A program made the translations under genes and the position numbers. A stretch of 64,000 nucleotides of DNA from the human T2T-CHM13v2.0 reference genome, Homo sapiens. The DNA lies in NCBI RefSeq assembly GCF_009914755.1, contig NC_060930.1; one strand, written 5' to 3'. Shown piece by piece: positions 28,400 to 41,720 of this stretch. Position 1 is the first letter of the stretch. Each line of letters begins with the position of its first letter. The notes under the pieces are model-generated. The model saw only the letters and a list, made by a program, of their open reading frames with translations. It did no database searches and was not told where the DNA came from.

Positions 28400-28643
28400 T
28401 ATTGTAAATAGGATTGCCTTCTTGATTTCAGCTTGAACTTTATTGGTGTATAGATATGCTACTGATTATTGTACTAAAACTTTACTAAAGTTGTTTATCA
28501 ATTCCAGGAGCCTTTTGGCAGAGCCTTCAGGGTTTTCTAGGTATAGAATTGTATTATCAGTGAAGAGAGACAGTTTGACTTATTTTCCTGTTTGGGTGCC
28601 TTTTACTTCTTTCTCTTGCCTGTTTGCTCTGGCTAGGACTTCC
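26585..28643 (-). mobile_element. L1PA15/16-like, 5'-truncated (about 2.06 kb), non-functional ORF2 C-terminus
   Basis: 3' UTR gtacatgtgcaggtttgttacatg..tagtagtccccagtg; ORF 26879-27148 (DPAIPLLDIYP..TIAKTWDQPRCPS..WYIYTMKYY) is L1 ORF2p; TSD-like tggtt(t/c)tctt at 26574 and 28644. Confidence 0.93.
28368..28397. repeat. (TG)n within L1
   Basis: Directly visible. Confidence 0.9.
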
Positions 28644-28654
28644 TGGTTCTCTTA

Positions 28655-29150
28655 TTTACAAACACTTATTTTGTATTTTGGTGCTCTCTTTGCCAATCTT
28701 TAATATAATAATTTTCATTCCAGATTCCCTTTAATTCTTTGTTTATTTTCACTTCACTTATTATATTTGCTATCTCAAATTTGTCTTTTTATTATTCTTA
28801 CTATGATTTCGCCAATTCTGAGTCCCCTTGTATTGCTTCCACTCAGACATTCATTATTATGATTGTCCACATCATTGCTTCACACTCACCCATACAGACA
28901 TACTCACTACACGTTTTCTTGAGCACAGGTTTTCTTCTGTGTACTCTTTTATTAAGCAAATTATTTCATTGGATTTTGAAAATTCAAGGTCAAATTTTTT
29001 TATTTGCTTATTACTGAGTGTTGTGTGTGTGTGAGCATTTTGCATCTGCCATTTCTATTTTCAGCATTCCATAATTTTATCCTTGTGGTATTGTGTAGCT
29101 TCTTTGCTCATTCCTTTTATACTATTTCTCATTCTTGACTACAGTTTTTC
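28655..29150 (-). mobile_element. Old L1M continuation (ORF1 region), highly diverged
   Basis: T-rich and continuous in character with the host L1M left of the L1PA16-like insertion. Confidence 0.4.
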
Positions 29151-29218
29151 CTTAACCTTCTACTGCAGGATATTCATGGTAGAGAGTGGCCAGGGCTAGC
29201 TGGAATTCTTCCTATAGG

Positions 29219-29266
29219 GTGCGTGTGTGTGTGTGTTTGTGTGTGTGTGTGAGAGAGAGAGAGAGA
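29219..29266. repeat. (TG)n(AG)n compound microsatellite
   Basis: Directly visible. Confidence 0.9.
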
Positions 29267-29959
29267 AAAAGAGATTTTATATGCACTCCAAGGCTGTTCA
29301 TATTGCCAAATCTTTCCTCTTTTACCACTGCCAACCCCTGTCCCTCAGACACACCCCTAGAGGCTGAACCACCCCCTCTTGTTCTACTTTCTCTAGAGTT
29401 TGTGCCAAGTGGGATCAAGTGAAGTACTGCCTCTAGTCTCCACTGTCTATTCCCACTGTTGCAAATATGTTATTTTTGTTTGTTTTCTTTGTATTGTTTT
29501 AAACTTCAGTATCTGCCACTCTCAGATTTGTCCTTGGCAAGTTTTCTCTGATTTCTATAGCTTCCCTTCCCACATGATTTTTTGAACTTCAGTGCTTTGC
29601 TAGGGTTTTCTTCTATTTTGTGATTCAGAGTTTCAGGCATGTCAGATTCACTGGGGATGGTGTTTGCATTGTTCTCTCTTCTTCCTCGTCCTGCTTTAAA
29701 ATGAGTTCCCACAGAAGAATGGAAAGAAATTTAACTTCATGTGCTTATTTTTAAGTTATAAGTCCTACTTTGAAATTTTCCTTATTTTCTCATTAATATT
29801 TTTCAGGTATGTTGATATGTTCTTTTGTTCTCCCTTAGGTAGACATAGGGAATCCTTGATACTATTGTTCCCTTTACTTTTTCTTCTTCTTGCTAGATAA
29901 TTATACTTCTCTTGGCATTTTCTCATAGTGACAAATTAAAAATTCTGTTGGTTTTGATT

Positions 29960-30030
29960 TTACTGCAGAAGCACTTATAACAGTCTATGGCACATATTTA
30001 GTGTTCAATAAACGTTAGCTTAATCTGAAT
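29960..30030 (+). mobile_element. L2/MIR-type 3'-end fragment
   Basis: tggcacatatttagtgttcaataaacgttag. Confidence 0.5.
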
Positions 30031-33000
30031 CTCATTACAGTTTCTTGTTCTTATTCCTAAAGAAGAAAATAACCTACAACCTAAATTAAAATTTAAAATT
30101 ACTTTATAATGATGAACTATGTTTTCTGAGATTATGCACTGAGTTCTAATGATAGAAACGTGATGGGTATTTCTTTGTATCTGAAATATTATGCATCCAG
30201 TGAGAGAGAATGTAAACTACTAAAATGTACTTAAAGTGAAAAATAAATCTAGAGTTCCGTATAATGAATTATGAATAATTTTAATTTTGGAGTCACTTGT
30301 TTATTTTTAAAAATATATTGCACTGTTATTAGGTACTTGCTAAAACCTGAATAAGAATCATGTGGCCCTATTATTTTTCCCTAAAGACCAAACACAGTTT
30401 AGATAGGATACTTTTTCTGCTTTATGCTTTGGTCTGAAGCAGTGGGCAATAAAACGCATGGTAGCAATGAGACCACATCACATAGATTATATTGGACACG
30501 TATGACTGTAATTGTCATATCTTATTAGAGTATTCTAATTGAACTAAATTTTTAAAACTGGTCTTTTCTGCTAGTTACTGCATTTATGTTTTCCTCATAT
30601 GGCTTATTTTTTCTAAGTTTGTTCTTGAATAACTTTATTTTTTTTCTTCGAGTAACATTTTAGATGTTAAATTCCCAGTTGGCAGGAGCCATATCTATGT
30701 TTTATCTAGCCTGATGCTGTGATTAATAAATGTTTTTGTGATTAGGATAATCTGTTACCTTCTGCCCTTTATCTCTGTTTCTTTTTCTTCTCCCACTCTC
30801 TTTTTACACCTGTATGTAGTCTTTGCTGGACTTCTGTGCTGTTCATTTTTGCTGTTCTATCCAGGTCTGCTGGTGGCTATGGGATCTTTTTAAACTGATA
30901 ATTCTATTTTCAGTAGAAAAAAATCAGTTAACAATTCATTTGATGCAATTTCAAACAGCCCTCTTTGGCTGCCTGGAGTAATCTGGAGAAGTATGAAAGT
31001 TCTAGTATCATTCAAATCTCTTAATTTGGACAGTTACCGTGATCATATTATTCTGAGGGCAAATCGAACTGCTTTCCTCCTGGTGTCCTTTGTAAAGACA
31101 GGAGCCTTGGAGCTATCTGGGGCAGAGAGCTCCCTCATTTATAATTTAAGTCCTGGAATGTACTATCCACATTCATGGTACTACACAAATAAAAAATAAA
31201 GAATGCCACTAGACAGCACAAATAATCAACTGTTACCAACTGTGAAACTCTAAAGGGGTGAGGAGGAGGATGGGAAGCAAAATCTAATAAAAGTTATGTA
31301 TAAACTGTTCCATGAAAGTCATTTTTTATTACAAAAGCAATAACACCTTTCCATCAACTTTGTACAACAATTTTAATAACTTTTAGTGAATGTTAGTAAA
31401 TCATATTGACCCTTAAGGTCCCTGGATGGCTAGAAATAAACATGCACAGATTAACCATGTTGTTGCTCTTCAGCTCTGTTGTGCAAACAATTATGAACAA
31501 GGTCAGACCAGGGCACCATTGTTATTGTTTGCCAACCAATTTATTCCTAAGACCCTTGACCTCATTTTAATGTGTGAATTCAAAAGAATACTCCATGCAG
31601 TATTGCAAGCTGCAGCCACACAAAATTGGGAAGTTGGCATGTTTTTCTGCCAACAGGGGGTTGGAAATTCTGTTAGAAACTCATTTAATGCAGTTGAATG
31701 TTCATGCATCATTTAAAAACTCTGATTCACCCAAAATGCTTTTATTTGTCATGTAAATGTAATATGTCAGGTCTGCTATGAAACTACATGGAAAAGCTAA
31801 AATTGGACCTGGTAAGTGAAGTTTCCTTTCTTTGTAAATTTATAGCAACCTCAACTAATTTTCCAATTGCTTTATACTTTGGTCTTTTAAATTCTTTTTT
31901 ATTTTTTTAATAATGTGCCTTTTGTCAGATTTCAAATACCGTTGACAGCTTTTTTTCTAAATATTACTTAATTTGAAGGTTTAACCTTTTAATTTAAGAG
32001 CTCATAGTTTTAAATGAAAACAAAATATTTTGGAACTAGTTGGACTGAATAAAAATAAGCAAATTCACATGGTAGTTCATTTGAGTTATGGGTATGTTGT
32101 TCAGGAAGCAGAAAATGACCTGAAAGGTGAATACAAAGAAGAGAGAATGAATCATAGGAAAAAATTTAATCTAATGTGCTTTAAAGCCAATTATATTTTT
32201 AATACCATCTATCCTCATTGGGCCTTCAAGAGGCATACACATATTGCTAGAGCTGTCATTAGGATTTCTGGAATGACTTTAAATCTTTCTGTGGCAAATA
32301 TTTCCAATCATTTGTAAACTTAATTATCAAGTTAGCAAGCACCCAGATTTGATTAACATGTTTGCAAACATGATTATGCACCAGAAACAGCATCTATACT
32401 TCTTCCCTCTGATACCCCTTTAATCTCTTCACAGTGCAACGCTTGTCTGTGCTCAAATTAAGAATCTGTATTAGAAGCCACAGATGCAATATCTGTATAT
32501 TACAGTAAGAGAAAAGACAAGGTTTGTTCTCAATTCCCCTTGCTGTTATTTTCTTCCTTTGTAAATTACTGAACGCAACACATTCTCTCAACTTATATTT
32601 TATGTAAGTCTCAAATGGTATCATAAATAGTGTATGCACAGACATATATTCCTGGATTAGACAAAAAAATGATGCTGCTACTAAAGTTTGGTTTAATGAA
32701 TTTCTAAAGCTCCCTGTTAATTCTATTTCATGGTAGCTTTGCATTTTATGGAATTTGAAAGCACGAGCTGTAATTGCTAATATCCAAATTAAGTTAAGTA
32801 AACTATAGAGTTTGGTGCTGCTCTTTGCCTTATGGTTGATTCATATGAAGTCAGTATCATCTATATTTTCTGTGCTTCCCTAGTATACCCTTACTGACAC
32901 ATTCATATTAATCAATTTAAAATACTAGATTTCTAGTCTAGTCATTTATTGTTACACAATTGCTATTAATAATATGATCCTCAATCCATTTTATTATTTC

Positions 33001-34373
33001 CATGGTTTTCTAAACATGAAAATACCCCTGAGTATTGTGCCACATATCTTAACCAACCTTATTTCATTTAATAATTTTTAGTCCCAAACAGGGGAGACTA
33101 GATTTATTTTTCCCTCCAGGTAGCTCCCTGAGACTGTGTCTGAACCCAACTTGCTACCTGGCATGGTTGATGTGCCTCCATGGACTCTCTTGGAGGTGGC
33201 AAATGCAGATACTTATCATTGGTATGCTCTCCATTAAGAGGACAGCTTAGATCAAAAAGAGGTTTCAGGGGAACTATTAACAGTGCTGTTTCCTTCTGTC
33301 ACTGGTCCCTAAGCATTTTGAAAGGAACTTAAAAAAAAGATAGATACTTTAATTTTTCCCCCCAAAAGCCTTGAGATCATTCATGTTAAGAGTAGGGAGG
33401 AGTAGGTGATAAGAGTAAATCTCCAAGTGTATGTGTCTTTAGGGAAGGGATTTTGAGGTGATTGCTGACAGTGCTCTGAAGGATTACCCAGGGTAAGGTA
33501 TGATGTAGTGTGTTGCTGAGGATACTAGAAACTCATGTGTATGCCTGTTTTTCTAAGAGACCTGAATAGAGCAATCCAGGTCTTCTTCACCCTGAAAATA
33601 AAGCAAATGGTCTGGTCCTCCACTGAATAATTTTAGTCTTCAATTTAGTTAGGCTCATTTTAATTTGGCAAATATTTATTAGCAGATGAAGTTTAGGAAC
33701 ATCCCATCAAAGTAAAAAAAAAAAAACAAAGCGAAGCTTATGATTTTATGGAACAAAAGTCTTTAAGAAAGTCACAGTGAAAAACAGAACCTCAAAAATT
33801 GTGTAGAGAATTTCTAACATGAAGTTGCCTCTGAGTTTTACTTCCCCAAGAGATAATCTCATATCTTGTTGGGGGATAGCTGGCCCTCTCCCCGCTCAGA
33901 AAGACAAAACAAACCCAAAACAGCTGAGTCTGAGGAAAGACAAAGGCCAAAGGTTAGAATTTCCAGCAGGATTTTACTTAGAGAGGGGACATGAAAGTGA
34001 TTTTGCTATGATATTTTTGTTATCAGTTAAAAACTTTGCCCTTTATTTTGAATTTGTCCTTGGATAACACCTCCTGGATCATCCTCCTTGGCTTCATTTA
34101 TCACAGCTAGCAAGTAAGTCTTTTCTTATCTTGGCCTATTGCCACAGCCTAGCTTGAATTTAGAAGCCTAGGTACTTTGCTTGGAGAGGCATTGGATATC
34201 ATTCTTTGAAACTCTGTTTTTCATTATCAGGTAGTCCAAATGGTCAGGCAGATGCCTTCTATAAGAATTTCAAAATACCAAAAGGTACAAGGTACCACTT
34301 CTGAGAATCTCCTAAAAAGTTTTGACTACCCAGAGGCAGCTAGCCCAAGGCAGATGTTAATCTCAAGAGAACA

Positions 34374-34450
34374 ACAGTTTCCTCATCTCTAAAAGGGGAA
34401 TAATAACTCAACATATCTCATAGTGCTATTGAAGTGTAGAATGAGGCATG
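34374..34450 (+). mobile_element. MIR core fragment
   Basis: cagtttcctcatctctaaaaggggaataataa. Confidence 0.7.
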
Positions 34451-34767
34451 GAATGCTGAGGCAATTGCCACTCTCACATGGGTGAGAAAACCTTTCAGAT
34501 CCTTAGGTTACATTCCCTCAGCCCACCACCCACAGACTGATACCCAAACAGAGCACATCAACCAAGTAGATAGGGACATTGTTGGTAGCATGATTTGTCC
34601 CTTTATCTTGCTATAGGATTATTTGTATATAAAATACGCTACAACTTTGCAGCTAGGATATCATATTTCACAGTTTCTACTTCTCATATGTTCTTCTGGC
34701 TTATTGATGCTCTAATATCATCAGTACCCAGGAAGTTTTGGGCCACCCAGATTGACTCTGAGGCCAC

Positions 34768-34943
34768 TGTCTTAGTCCATTTTGTGCTCCTGTAACAGAA
34801 TACCAGTGACTGGGTAATTTAAAGCAATTTATTTCTCACAGTTCTGGAGGAGGCTGGAAAGTCCAAGGTCAAGGGGCTAGTACCTAGTGAGGGCCTCCTT
34901 GATGGATCATCCCATAATGGAAGGCAGAGGGTGAGAGCACACA

Positions 34944-35011
<68 letters not shown>

Positions 35012-35203
35012 ACCTGGTTTTATAACAAATCCACTATCCTGAGAATGTTATTATTATCTCCATGATAATGACATTCTCAGGAGAGAATCATGGAGATAAT
35101 AATGACATTATTCCATCTCTTAAAGAGCACACCTTTCAACATTGTCACGTTAGGGTTACATTTCCAACACTTAAACTTTGGATGGCACATTTAAACCACA
35201 GCA
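34768..35203 (-). mobile_element. MST-family solo LTR (MSTB1/C/D-like)
   Basis: tgtcttagtccattttgtgct..taacagaatacca..tttaaaccacagca; perfect 5-bp TSD gccac. Confidence 0.92.
34952..35008. repeat. (AG)~28 microsatellite
   Basis: Directly visible, uninterrupted. Confidence 0.97.
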
Positions 35204-35469
35204 GCCACTTTCTGGATCATCAAGAGTTATATAGGAATTGTGTTCACTTGCATAAATCCTAGAAAAAGGCATATAAATAGAAAGGATTTTTGGCTCTCCT
35301 TTTATGACTCTGTGCCTAAGGAAACCTAAGGATTATATCATGGAATTCATTGAGGGCATAAATGTATGTATCCTGTGGCTTTCTGATTCTAGTGGCCCCC
35401 TTTAAGCTTTTTCATCAATGCTTCCACTGCACTAAACTCCATAAAGTTCATTAGGCAAGATTACTCTGA

Positions 35470-35973
<504 letters not shown>

Positions 35974-36059
35974 TGAGCAAAGCAATGATGCTCTATGTCT
36001 AAGTATGTTTCTCATCTTTTTAGATGTATTATTTGGAGGAATGGTGAACAAATCAGACT

Positions 36060-36350
36060 ATTGTAATTTATGTTGCAGTAAAAAATAACCCCAAATTTCA
36101 GTGATTTACATCTGTAAATTGCTCATGCTATGTGTCCATTGTAGGATGGCTGCAACTATCTGGAACTCTGTTGGTCTCATGGCAGAGATGACAGATGAAC
36201 TGTGGTAGACTACACCCATGATCTTAAAGCTTCTATCTGAAAATGACACATGTCACTTTTGTTCATATTTTATTTGCCAGAGATATAGTCCCAAGGCCAC
36301 CTCAGACACCAAAGCATAATCCTTCTCCAGGGATGGGCAGCTAATATTTT
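36060..36350 (-). mobile_element. Old MaLR LTR (MLT1I/J-like)
   Basis: gttgcagtaaaaaataaccccaaatttcagtg..gacacatgtcacttttgttcatattttatt. Confidence 0.6.
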
Positions 36351-36502
36351 GAAAATTAACATAACTGACTGATAATTAGGTAGTTATTTGCTTTAGGGTT
36401 TTTGCTTAGAAGCTGACTTTAATCGTGCATTCCATTTTCATGTACTATGCCCCAAAAGACAAGTTTGAATGCATTGCAACCCTCATTTTGGAACAAATAC
36501 CC

Positions 36503-36903
36503 TGTATTAGTCTGCGTGGGCTGCCGTAACAAAATACCATAGACTGGCTGACTTAAACAACAAAACTTTATTTCATCTCCACTTAGCCAACAGTTCCAGA
36601 GGCTTGAAGGCTGAGATCAGGGTGCCAGCATGGTTGGTTTCTGGTAAGGGCTCTCCCCTTAGGTGGAAGATGACCACTTTCTCACTGTGTGCTCACATGA
36701 CCTCTGCTTTGTGTGAACAAAGAGAAAGAGCAGACTCTCTGTTGTCTCTTCCTATAAGGGCACTGATCCCATTATGAAAGCCTCATTTCAGGACCTCATC
36801 TAACCTTAGTTACCCCACAAAGGTCCCATCTCCAAATACTATCACACTGGGGGTTAGAATTTCAGCATTTTAATTTTGGGAAGACACAATTTAGTTCATA
36901 GCA
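36503..36903 (-). mobile_element. MLT1A-family solo LTR
   Basis: tgtattagtctg..gggctgccgtaacaaaataccatagact..gacacaatttagttcatagca; perfect TSD taccc. Confidence 0.93.
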
Positions 36904-37519
36904 TACCCACTCCCACCTCTTGCAATCAACTTGACCTCTGAAGCAGCAACATAAATGTTTTATTTCTTTTCTCAGTGGGCATGAGCCATTGGGATTTACT
37001 ACTCAGGCTCCCATTGTTTCCAGGGCATTCCTGACCATAAGGACATCTATCCATTCTCAGCTTGATGTTGGCTGTTTCTTCTTTGGGGTGAACAGTAGTT
37101 TACTCCTTCCCCAGAGCTGAGCCCCTCACACCAATATACCTCAGTGATATAGTTGGATAAAAATATTTTCTAATTCACCCTAGAAAATTTCCTTTTCCTC
37201 AGCCTCCTTTCATGTGCCCTGCAGTTATCACTGATTGCTTTCCCTGCTTTTTTCTGTTGTCTCTATGTCACAGAACCCTTGTTAATTCCACCAGGTGGGA
37301 ATTAACTCAATTATTTTCATGGATGGCTGCCATATTTCTCTTGTTTCCTACTGACTCTGTTATCTTTATTCATTCCTTTTCTTTTATGTCTAGACAAGAA
37401 AGTAATTTACAGTTATTTATGGTCTTCAATTTTCCTGCTGGTCTTCTGTTATTCTTTTCCTATTACACATTCAGATGATTTTACTCCTCTGTTCAGAGCT
37501 CATAAGAGGCAGCATCACA

Positions 37520-38000
37520 AAGCCCTTGGGATAAAATCAAAACTCCTCACCATTCCCACAAAGTCCTGCAGGACCTGGCTCCTGCCTTCCTCTCTGACTG
37601 CACTTCATATTATTCCCTCCCTTTGCTCACTCTGCTTGAGCTGCACAGGCCTTCTCTCTGTGCCTTGAACAAACCAAGCTCTCTGTGCTTCTGGCTCTTT
37701 TCCTTATTGTTCTGTCTTCTCCTAGCTTTTTCCATGGCTGGCTGATTCCATCCTCTGCTCCTCATTGAGACTTCCCTGGCCTCCTAAGAAAGGCCTCTTT
37801 CAGTTACAGGCTCTTACAACACCCTGATCACATTCTTTATAACAATAATAACTACTTATAATTTCTTTATTTGTTTTTACATGTATTGATTTCCATCATC
37901 AGAATATACTGTAAGGGCAAGAGTTTTGCCTTTAGCATTGCTGTGTGCCAGAACTCTGTATACTGCCTGACACTATGGTGTGTTTCCTAAAAGAATGATT
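37520..38000 (+). mobile_element. L2 3' region
   Basis: ataaaatcaaaactcctcacc..ctggctcctgcc..gctcactctgc..tgcctgacac. Confidence 0.8.
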
Positions 38001-38959
38001 AAACCATCATAGCACTGTTACATTAAATAAAATAAAAATTTGTTTTTTTCTAACTTCTATCCAGAAGGCCTATTTTGATTCTCTGGGATCTTACAGAATA
38101 TATCTAATCTGCCTTCCATATACCACATGACACTTTATTAAATATTACAAGATTTTTGGGTCCTGTGTGCATTCTTTTCTATAGACTTAACATCTTCAGT
38201 TCCCTTAGCTATTTTTCAGGTAAAATGTGTTTTATGACCTTTCAACACCCTGTTGACTCTGTCTTTGATTTATGTTAATACTTATTAAATTATTCCTTTT
38301 GACATTTGGGGCATCACCACAGCTAGACCACCCATTTCAGCATCCTCAGAAGGACATAAGAATAATGTAGATACTGAGAAATGGCTTCAGTAAAGTGGGA
38401 CCAGGTCTCCCCAGCCATAATCATGGGCTCTTTCCTGGAAATGATTAGTCCTATTCCTGCTTAGCCATTGGCTTGTTTGTCATGTTCAATGGGCTAAGGA
38501 AGAAAAATGTGAAGGCACATAGGAAGAAGAATGCCCCTCTCCCTGCTCTAGGGCCAAACAACTGAGATCACCCTTTTTAAGCCTTCTCTCAATAGAGGTG
38601 GGGGAAGTTTTCAATCTGCTTGTTCAGCACTAAGACATTATTTAGTCTGAAATTACTAGCAGGTACAGTCACTGTACTTTAAAAAGCACAAACTTGGGTT
38701 TTTCCCTTGCTCTCTTGAACTTTTTCTTCCTTCCATGTAGTTAATTTCTCTGCATCTCTGAGACCTGGGTTACTTTTCTCTCTTTCTCCACGTGGCTGCA
38801 TTAGTTGACTCAGATACATTCTTGGGGCCCAGTGAGCTTTCACTTTCTCTTAAGTGAAAGCATAGATAGTCCCATGTGGATCCCATTTCTCCTTATCTTT
38901 CATCTGACATCTGCATTTGACTTGAGGACACTTACATGGCCATCAGTATGTTCCTTAAA

Positions 38960-39450
38960 GATAGCCCATTAGTTCAATCTGCTAAAATCTTTTTTCTTGT
39001 TAATTCTGATGATTTTATCCAGCATATTAAATGATATTCCAGTTACACATAATTTTCAAATGTTACCAGCGGAGTATCAATGTCTTTAATAAAACTTGTT
39101 CAACAGATAGAATTGAGTGCAGAACTTTCCATTATGCCATTAGACTCAGTGTACCAACATTCCTAACACCTATCTCTATGTTTAATGCTTTGTTAATTCA
39201 GATCTGCCATGTGAAGAGCATTCCTCATGTATATTTATCTTTAGCCAAAGACCAGAGTCTCCATGTTGAATGAACCTTTCACTGTGAACCTACTCATCTC
39301 AGTATTGATTCATCTTCTTACAAATCCATAATGTATAGATTGCATCAAATACATTATGCAACAATCCCTTAGTCATTTGGAATCAATCAGAGAGACTCTG
39401 AGTATATCTTTAAAGTGCTTTCTGATAATGAAATCTATATAATCTTTTCT
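38960..39450 (-). mobile_element. CR1/L3 fragment
   Basis: taataaaacttgttcaacag..cagaac..ccattagac resembles the antisense CR1 RT region; a second possible piece lies near 38050-38300. Confidence 0.5.
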
Positions 39451-39577
39451 TGAATTTTAGGTTAGAAAACTCTGAAGCAAATTTGAAGTTTAGGCCCAAT
39501 GCCTGTGCACTATTTTGTGGGTAGTTTATTTGAGTCCTCCTATTATTCTTGGTTCTATATTTTATTCTTGATGGAAT

Positions 39578-40381
39578 TGATATAGAAAGGGGGCAGGGAA
39601 GTGCTGGGAAGGGAAGGGCATGGTCCCTGGCTACGGCTCTACCCCTGAGCCTGTGCCCATGGACCTGTTTGAGGACAGGCACTCCTGCCTTTGCGCCCAA
39701 ATGTTGTATTTCCGAAGAGCATCCTGCCCTGCCACGCCGCTATGCTGTGCCTATAAAAACCCCGAGACCCTAGCAGGCAGACACAAGCAGCTAGACGTGG
39801 AGAGGAACACATAGGCGGACAAAGACACAATTGGCTAGACATCAAGAAGATGTCGAGGGTAGCACGCTAGGAGAAGAGTGCACAACAGACGACAGCAGGC
39901 CATCTACCAGTGGAAAAAGGCAGAGTTTGGCTGGGGCAGTCAGAGGAAAGCCCAGGCCATCAAGCTGCCGGACTCCAGAGAAAAACCATCTCCCTTCTGG
40001 CTTCCCCATCTTCTGAGAGCTACTCCAGTCAATAAAACCTTGTACTCATTCTCCAAGCCCATGTGTGATCTGGTTCTTCTCGTACACCAAGACAAGAACC
40101 CCGGGACACAGAAAGCCCTCTGTCTTTGCCGTATGGCAGGGGTTTAATTGAGCTAACACACGCAGCCTATGGACAGCTAAACTAAAAGAGCACCCTGTAA
40201 CACACACCCACTGGGGTTTCAGCTATAAACATTCACTCCTAGACACCGCTGTGGGGTCGGAGCCCCACAGCCTGCACATCTGTATGCTCCCCTAGAGGAT
40301 TGAGCAGCGGGGCACTGAAGAAGCGAGCCACTCCCCTTGTCACACGCCCTGCGAGGGGACAAGAGAACCTTTCCCATTTCA
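39578..40381 (+). mobile_element. ERV1 solo LTR, LTR1/LTR27/LTR28 group (about 804 bp)
   Basis: TG..CA termini, TATAAAAA at 39752, AATAAA at 40031, 4-bp flanks gaat/caat; ggggcagggaagtgctgggaagggaaggg start. Exact subfamily uncertain. Confidence 0.88.
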
Positions 40382-40911
40382 CAATGATGTTGTCAATGGC
40401 CTCCAATCTGTTTTGGATAGAAGAAGGAATAAATTAAAAATGTGTCTGTGGGTGTGTACTTAAAAATATTATTAGTTACTAATTCTGGAAATTTTAAACT
40501 GAAATATCGTTCTATCAGCTCTTCATCTGAAGTTAATCCAAAAGCACTCTCTAGGAATATTTGACTATACCAAATAAGAAAGCACCCTCTGAAATTGCTT
40601 TATCATCTCATTCTTTTAAAGAAATAACATTTTCATGAATAAATTTAGAAGAAAATAGATATAGGTATATACTTTGAACTGTGGTACCAATACACTGACT
40701 ATCAAATCATCAGCATCCATATTCTTTATCTGTATGAACAGATTGTTAGTGATTTATCATTTCCTAGTCTCATTCTTACAGTGGTGATTTTTTTTGGGGA
40801 TATGAAGGAAAAGGTTGAATGGGAGTATCTCAGTTTACTGAGCCTTAAGGCATGAGTCCATAAGGAATGAGTCCTTAAATAGTTCTTAATATGATCTTCT
40901 TTCTTATGTGC

Positions 40912-40990
40912 TGAACAACCAGCAAATATTTATGAATACGTATTATGTGCTACATATGATTTTAGGCACTGGAGACAGGCAGGTAAGACA
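40912..40990 (-). mobile_element. L2 3'-end fragment
   Basis: cagcaaatatttatgaatacgtattatgtgc..taggcactggaga. Confidence 0.65.
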
Positions 40991-41429
40991 GAGTTGTGGA
41001 TAAATCATATTTAGCTTTGATTGTCCCTTATGTAGAGAAATGGATAAACCTCAGCTGATGGCAGCTGATACTTCCTTGCCATTTGAGTTCCCAGTACCAT
41101 ATCATGCAGAAGTTAAATAACTCCAAATGTTTCTAGAAATTTCCCTAGGGAGTGTATATTTTCATGATTACTACTACTGCCTGTATTCATGCAAGCTTTT
41201 AATGCTTCCCTTTCACCTAGATATAAAATTCAGTCTCTTCCACAGTTTCAACCTTTCCACTGTCTTCCTCATGTTGAACACATACATACACACATATGTG
41301 TGCACACACGTAACACATCCATGCTGAGAGGAGATATTTCTGAATGTGTATTTATTTATTTGTGGGGAACCAGATAAGAATTACATTGTAATGATATAAA
41401 CAACCTCAAATTGAGCATTTCTTCCTGTT

Positions 41430-41720
41430 GACCACCTCAGAACTTAGTAGCTTAAAACAATGATTTGTGGTTCTTTCTCATAGTTCTGTGGGTTGACTGT
41501 GGTCATCTGAGAGGTGATCACACTTGAGGTCTTTCAATGTGGTTGAAATTACATGTCAGCTAAGGTGCAGTCATTTGAAGTCTGCACTGAGATGGACAGC
41601 AAACATAGCTCACTCACATGGCAAGCAGTTGATGCTGGCTGTTGGCTAAGAGTTTAGCTGGGGTTTTCAACTGAAGCACCTGCAAATGGTTCTCAAGTGG
41701 CCTGGTATTCTGTTATGGCA
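41430..41720 (-). mobile_element. MLT1H-like LTR fragment
   Basis: aacttagtagcttaaaacaa..ctcactcacatggc..gcagttgatgctggctgttggct. Confidence 0.75.

Noticed and set aside
33120-33221. Plus-strand 102-nt exon-like segment; also isolated strong acceptors near 1148, 6407, 30864, 46089 and 48315
   Set aside because: Weak or absent matching donors and non-protein-like translations; T-rich sequence yields such acceptors by chance.
39410-40147. Cluster of ORFs in a GC-richer segment
   Set aside because: All overlap the ERV1 solo LTR; no gag, pol or env similarity.
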